Positions 60,508-64,000 of a DNA stretch of 64,000 nucleotides are shown in pieces (position 1 is the stretch's first letter; every line of letters begins with the position of its first letter). The DNA comes from Eledone cirrhosa (taxonomy: Eukaryota): assembly GCA_964016885.1 (NCBI GenBank), contig OZ024742.1:71176001-71240000 (forward strand), written 5' to 3'. Below the pieces are notes generated by a model that saw only the letters and a list, made by a program, of their open reading frames with translations, did not search any database and was not told the origin of the DNA. The position numbers were made by a program, and so were the translations under genes.

Positions 60508-63500
60508 CAGGACAGTGTAGTGTATATTAGTGTGGTACAGGACAGTGTAGTGTCTATTAGTGTGAGGCAGGACAGTGTAGTGTCTATTAGTGGAGGACAG
60601 GACAGTGTAGTGTCTGTTAGGGTGGGACAGGACAGTGTAGTGTCTGTTAGGGTGGGACAGGACGGTGTAGTGTCTATTAATGTTGGACAGGACAGTGTAG
60701 TGTCTATTAGTGTGGGACAGTGTAGTGTCTATTAGTATGGGACAGGACAGTGTAGTGTCTATTACTGTGGGACAGGACAGTGTAGTGTCTATTAGTGTGG
60801 GACAGGACAGTGTAGTATCTATTGGTGTGGGACAGGGCAGTGTAGTGTCTATTAGTATGGGACAGGACAGTGTAGTGTCTATTAGAGTGAGACAGGAGAG
60901 TGTAGTGTCTATTAGTGTGGGACAGGACAGTGTAGTGTCTATTAGTGTGAGACAGGATAGTGTAGTGACTATTAGTGTGGGACAGGACAGTGTAGTGTCT
61001 ATTAGTGTCTAATAGACACTACACTGCCCTGTCCCACACTAATAGACACTACACTGTCCTGTCTCACACTAATAGACACTACACTGTCCTGTCCCACACT
61101 AATAGAGTATACACTGTTCTGTCTCAAATTAATAGACACTACACTTCCCCGTCCCACACTAACATTACACTACACTGTCCTGCCCCACACAAACATACAC
61201 TACACTGTCCTGTCACACAATAATAGGCACTACACTTACCTGTCTCTAACTAATAGACACTACACTGTCCTGTCTCACACTAATAGACACTACAATGTCC
61301 TGTCCCGCACTAATAGACACTACACTGTCCTGTCTCACACTAATATAGACTACAATGTCCTGCCCAAACAAATAGACACTACACTGTCCTGTCCCGCACT
61401 AATAGACACTACACTGTCCTGTCTCACACTAATATCGACTACACTGTCCTGCCCAAACAAATAGACACTACACTGTCCTGTCTCACACTAATAGACACTA
61501 TGCTGTCTTGTCTCAGACTAATAGACACTACATTGTCCTACCCCACACTAATAGACACTACACTGTCTTGTATCACACTAATAGACACTACAGTGTCCTG
61601 TCCCACACTAATAGACACTACACTGTTCTGTCTCAAATTAATAGACACTACACTTCCCCGTCCCACACTAACATTACACTACACTGTCCTGTCCCACACA
61701 AATATACACTACACTGTCCTGTCACACAATAATAGATACTACACTGACCTGTCTCTAACTAATAGACACTACACTGTCCTGTCTCACACTAATAGACACT
61801 ACACTGTCCTGTCCCGCACTAATAGACACTACGCTGTCCTGTCTCACACTAATAGACACTACACTGTCTTGTCTCAGACTAATAGACACTACATTGCCTA
61901 CCCTACACTAATAGACACTACACTGTCCTGTCCCACACTAATAGACACTACACTGCCCCGTCCCCCACTAACATTACACTACACTGTGCTCTCCCACACA
62001 AACATACACTACACTGTCCTGTCTCTCACTAATAGACACTACACTGTCCTGTCTCTCAATAACATACACTACACTGTCCTGTCACACACTAATGGACACT
62101 ACACTGTCCTGTCCCACACTAACATACACTACACTGTCCTGTCCGACACTAATAGACACTACACTGTCCTGTCTCTCACTAACATAAACTACAATGCCCT
62201 GCCCCACACTCACATACACTACACTGTCCTGTCTCTCAGTAGCATACGCCACACTGTCCTGTCTCACACTAATAGACACTACACTGTCCTGTCTCTCACT
62301 AATAAACACTACACTGTCCTGTCTCACACTAACGTACACTACACTGTCCTGTCTCACACTAATAGACACTACACTGTCCTGACTCACACTAACATACACC
62401 ACACTAATAGACACGACACTGTCCTGTCTCACACTAACATACATTACAATGTCCTGTCTCACACTAGACACTACACTGTCCTGTACCACACTAATAGACA
62501 ATACACTGTCCTGTACAAAACTAATAGACACTACACTGTCCTGTCTCACACTAATAGAGACTACACTGCCTGTACCACACTAATAGACACTACATTGTCC
62601 TACCCCACACTAATAGACACTACACTGTCCTGTCTCACACTAATAGGCACTACACTGTCCTGTCCCACACTAATAGACACTACACTGCCCCGTCCCACAC
62701 TAACATTACACTACACTGTCCTGTCCCACACAAACATACACTACACTGTCCGGTCACACAATAATAGACACTACACTGACCTGTCTCTAACTAATAGACA
62801 CTACACTGTCCTGTCTCCCACTAATAGACACTACAATGTCCTGTCCCGCACTAATAGACACTACGCTGTCCTGTCTCACACTAATAGACACTACACTGTC
62901 TTGTCTCAGACTAATAGACACTACATTGTCCTACCCCACACTAATAGACACTACACTGTCCTGTATCACACTAATAGACACTACACTGTCCTGTCCCACA
63001 CTAATAGACACTACACTTCCCCGTCCCACACTAACATTACACTACACTGTTCTCTCCCACACAAACACACACTACACTGTCCTGTCTCTCACTAATAGAC
63101 ACTACACTGTCCTGTCTCTCACAAACATACACTACACTGTCCTGTCACACACTAATGGACACTACACTGTCCTGTCCCACACTAACATACACTACACTGT
63201 CCTGTCCGACACTAATAGACACTACACTGTCCTGTCTCTCACTAACATACACTACAATGCCCTGCCCGACACTCACATACACTACACTGTCCTGTCTCTC
63301 AGTAACATACGCCACACTGTCCTGTCTCACACTAATAGACACTACACTGTCCTGTCTCTCATTAATAAACACTACACTGTCCTGTCTCACACTAACATAC
63401 TCTACACTGTCTTTCTCACACTAATAGACACTACACTGTCCTGACTCACACTAACATACACCACACTAATAGACACGACACTATCCTGTCTCACACTAAC

Positions 63501-64000
63501 ATACACTACAATGTCCTGTCTCACACTAAACACTACACTGTCCTGTACGACACTAATAGACAATACACTGTCCTGTACGAAACTAATAGACACTACACTG
63601 TCCTGTCTCACACTAATAGACACTACACTGTCCTGTCCGGCACTAATAGACACTACACTGTCCAGTCCCACACTAATATACACTACACTGTCCTGTCTCA
63701 CACTAATATAGACTACACTGTCCTGTCTCACACTAATAGACAGTACGCTGTCTTGTCTCAGACTAATAGACACTACATTGTCCTACCCCACACTAATAGA
63801 CACTACACTGTCTTGTATCAAACTAATAGACACTACACTGTCCTGTCTCACACTAATAGACACTACACTGTCCCAGACTAATAGACACTACACTGTCGTG
63901 TCTTATACTAGCTTTACACTACATTGTCATGTCCCACACTAATGGACACTACACTGACCTGTAACCCACTAATAGCCACTACACTGTCCTGTCCCTCACT
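60508..64000. repeat. 30-bp satellite array (more than 110 units, runs off the window) with an orientation switch at 61007
   Basis: Unit cactaatagacactacactgtcctgtctca from 61009; its reverse complement at 60508-61005. Confidence 0.98.

Noticed and set aside
61500-63095. 531-aa His/Thr-rich ORF and overlapping ORFs
   Set aside because: Translations of a 30-bp satellite, open in several frames and on both strands, with frame-switching indels

Overview
AT-rich eukaryotic (animal) genomic DNA made almost entirely of transposable elements, microsatellites and satellites. The tRNA-derived SINE families and RTE LINEs resemble those of octopod cephalopods (inference from recalled repeat families, not a database match). 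No host protein-coding gene is confidently recognisable. Main contents: a Ty3/Gypsy LTR retrotransposon with both LTRs and a 5-bp TSD (3843-7551) nested in a Tc2/pogo-like non-autonomous DNA transposon; a second decayed copy of that Gypsy family; a non-autonomous tRNA-Trp-primed LTR element (28912-30828); many RTE, R4/Dong-like and CR1 LINE fragments; mariner, hAT and Penelope remnants; more than 15 SINEs; several minisatellites; and a 30-bp satellite array. The most unusual signals are structural: a spacer-less perfect 494-bp palindrome and two further foldbacks beside TA/CA tracts; a satellite that inverts head-to-head over a 3-nt loop; a SINE family whose TSDs nearly all begin ATTAT; a minisatellite apparently amplified from a SINE head; two 5'-inverted RTE-like insertions; a PHD-type finger inside the RTE reverse transcriptase; and an old tandem duplication containing a 383-bp identical tract. 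Coordinates and counts were read by eye.
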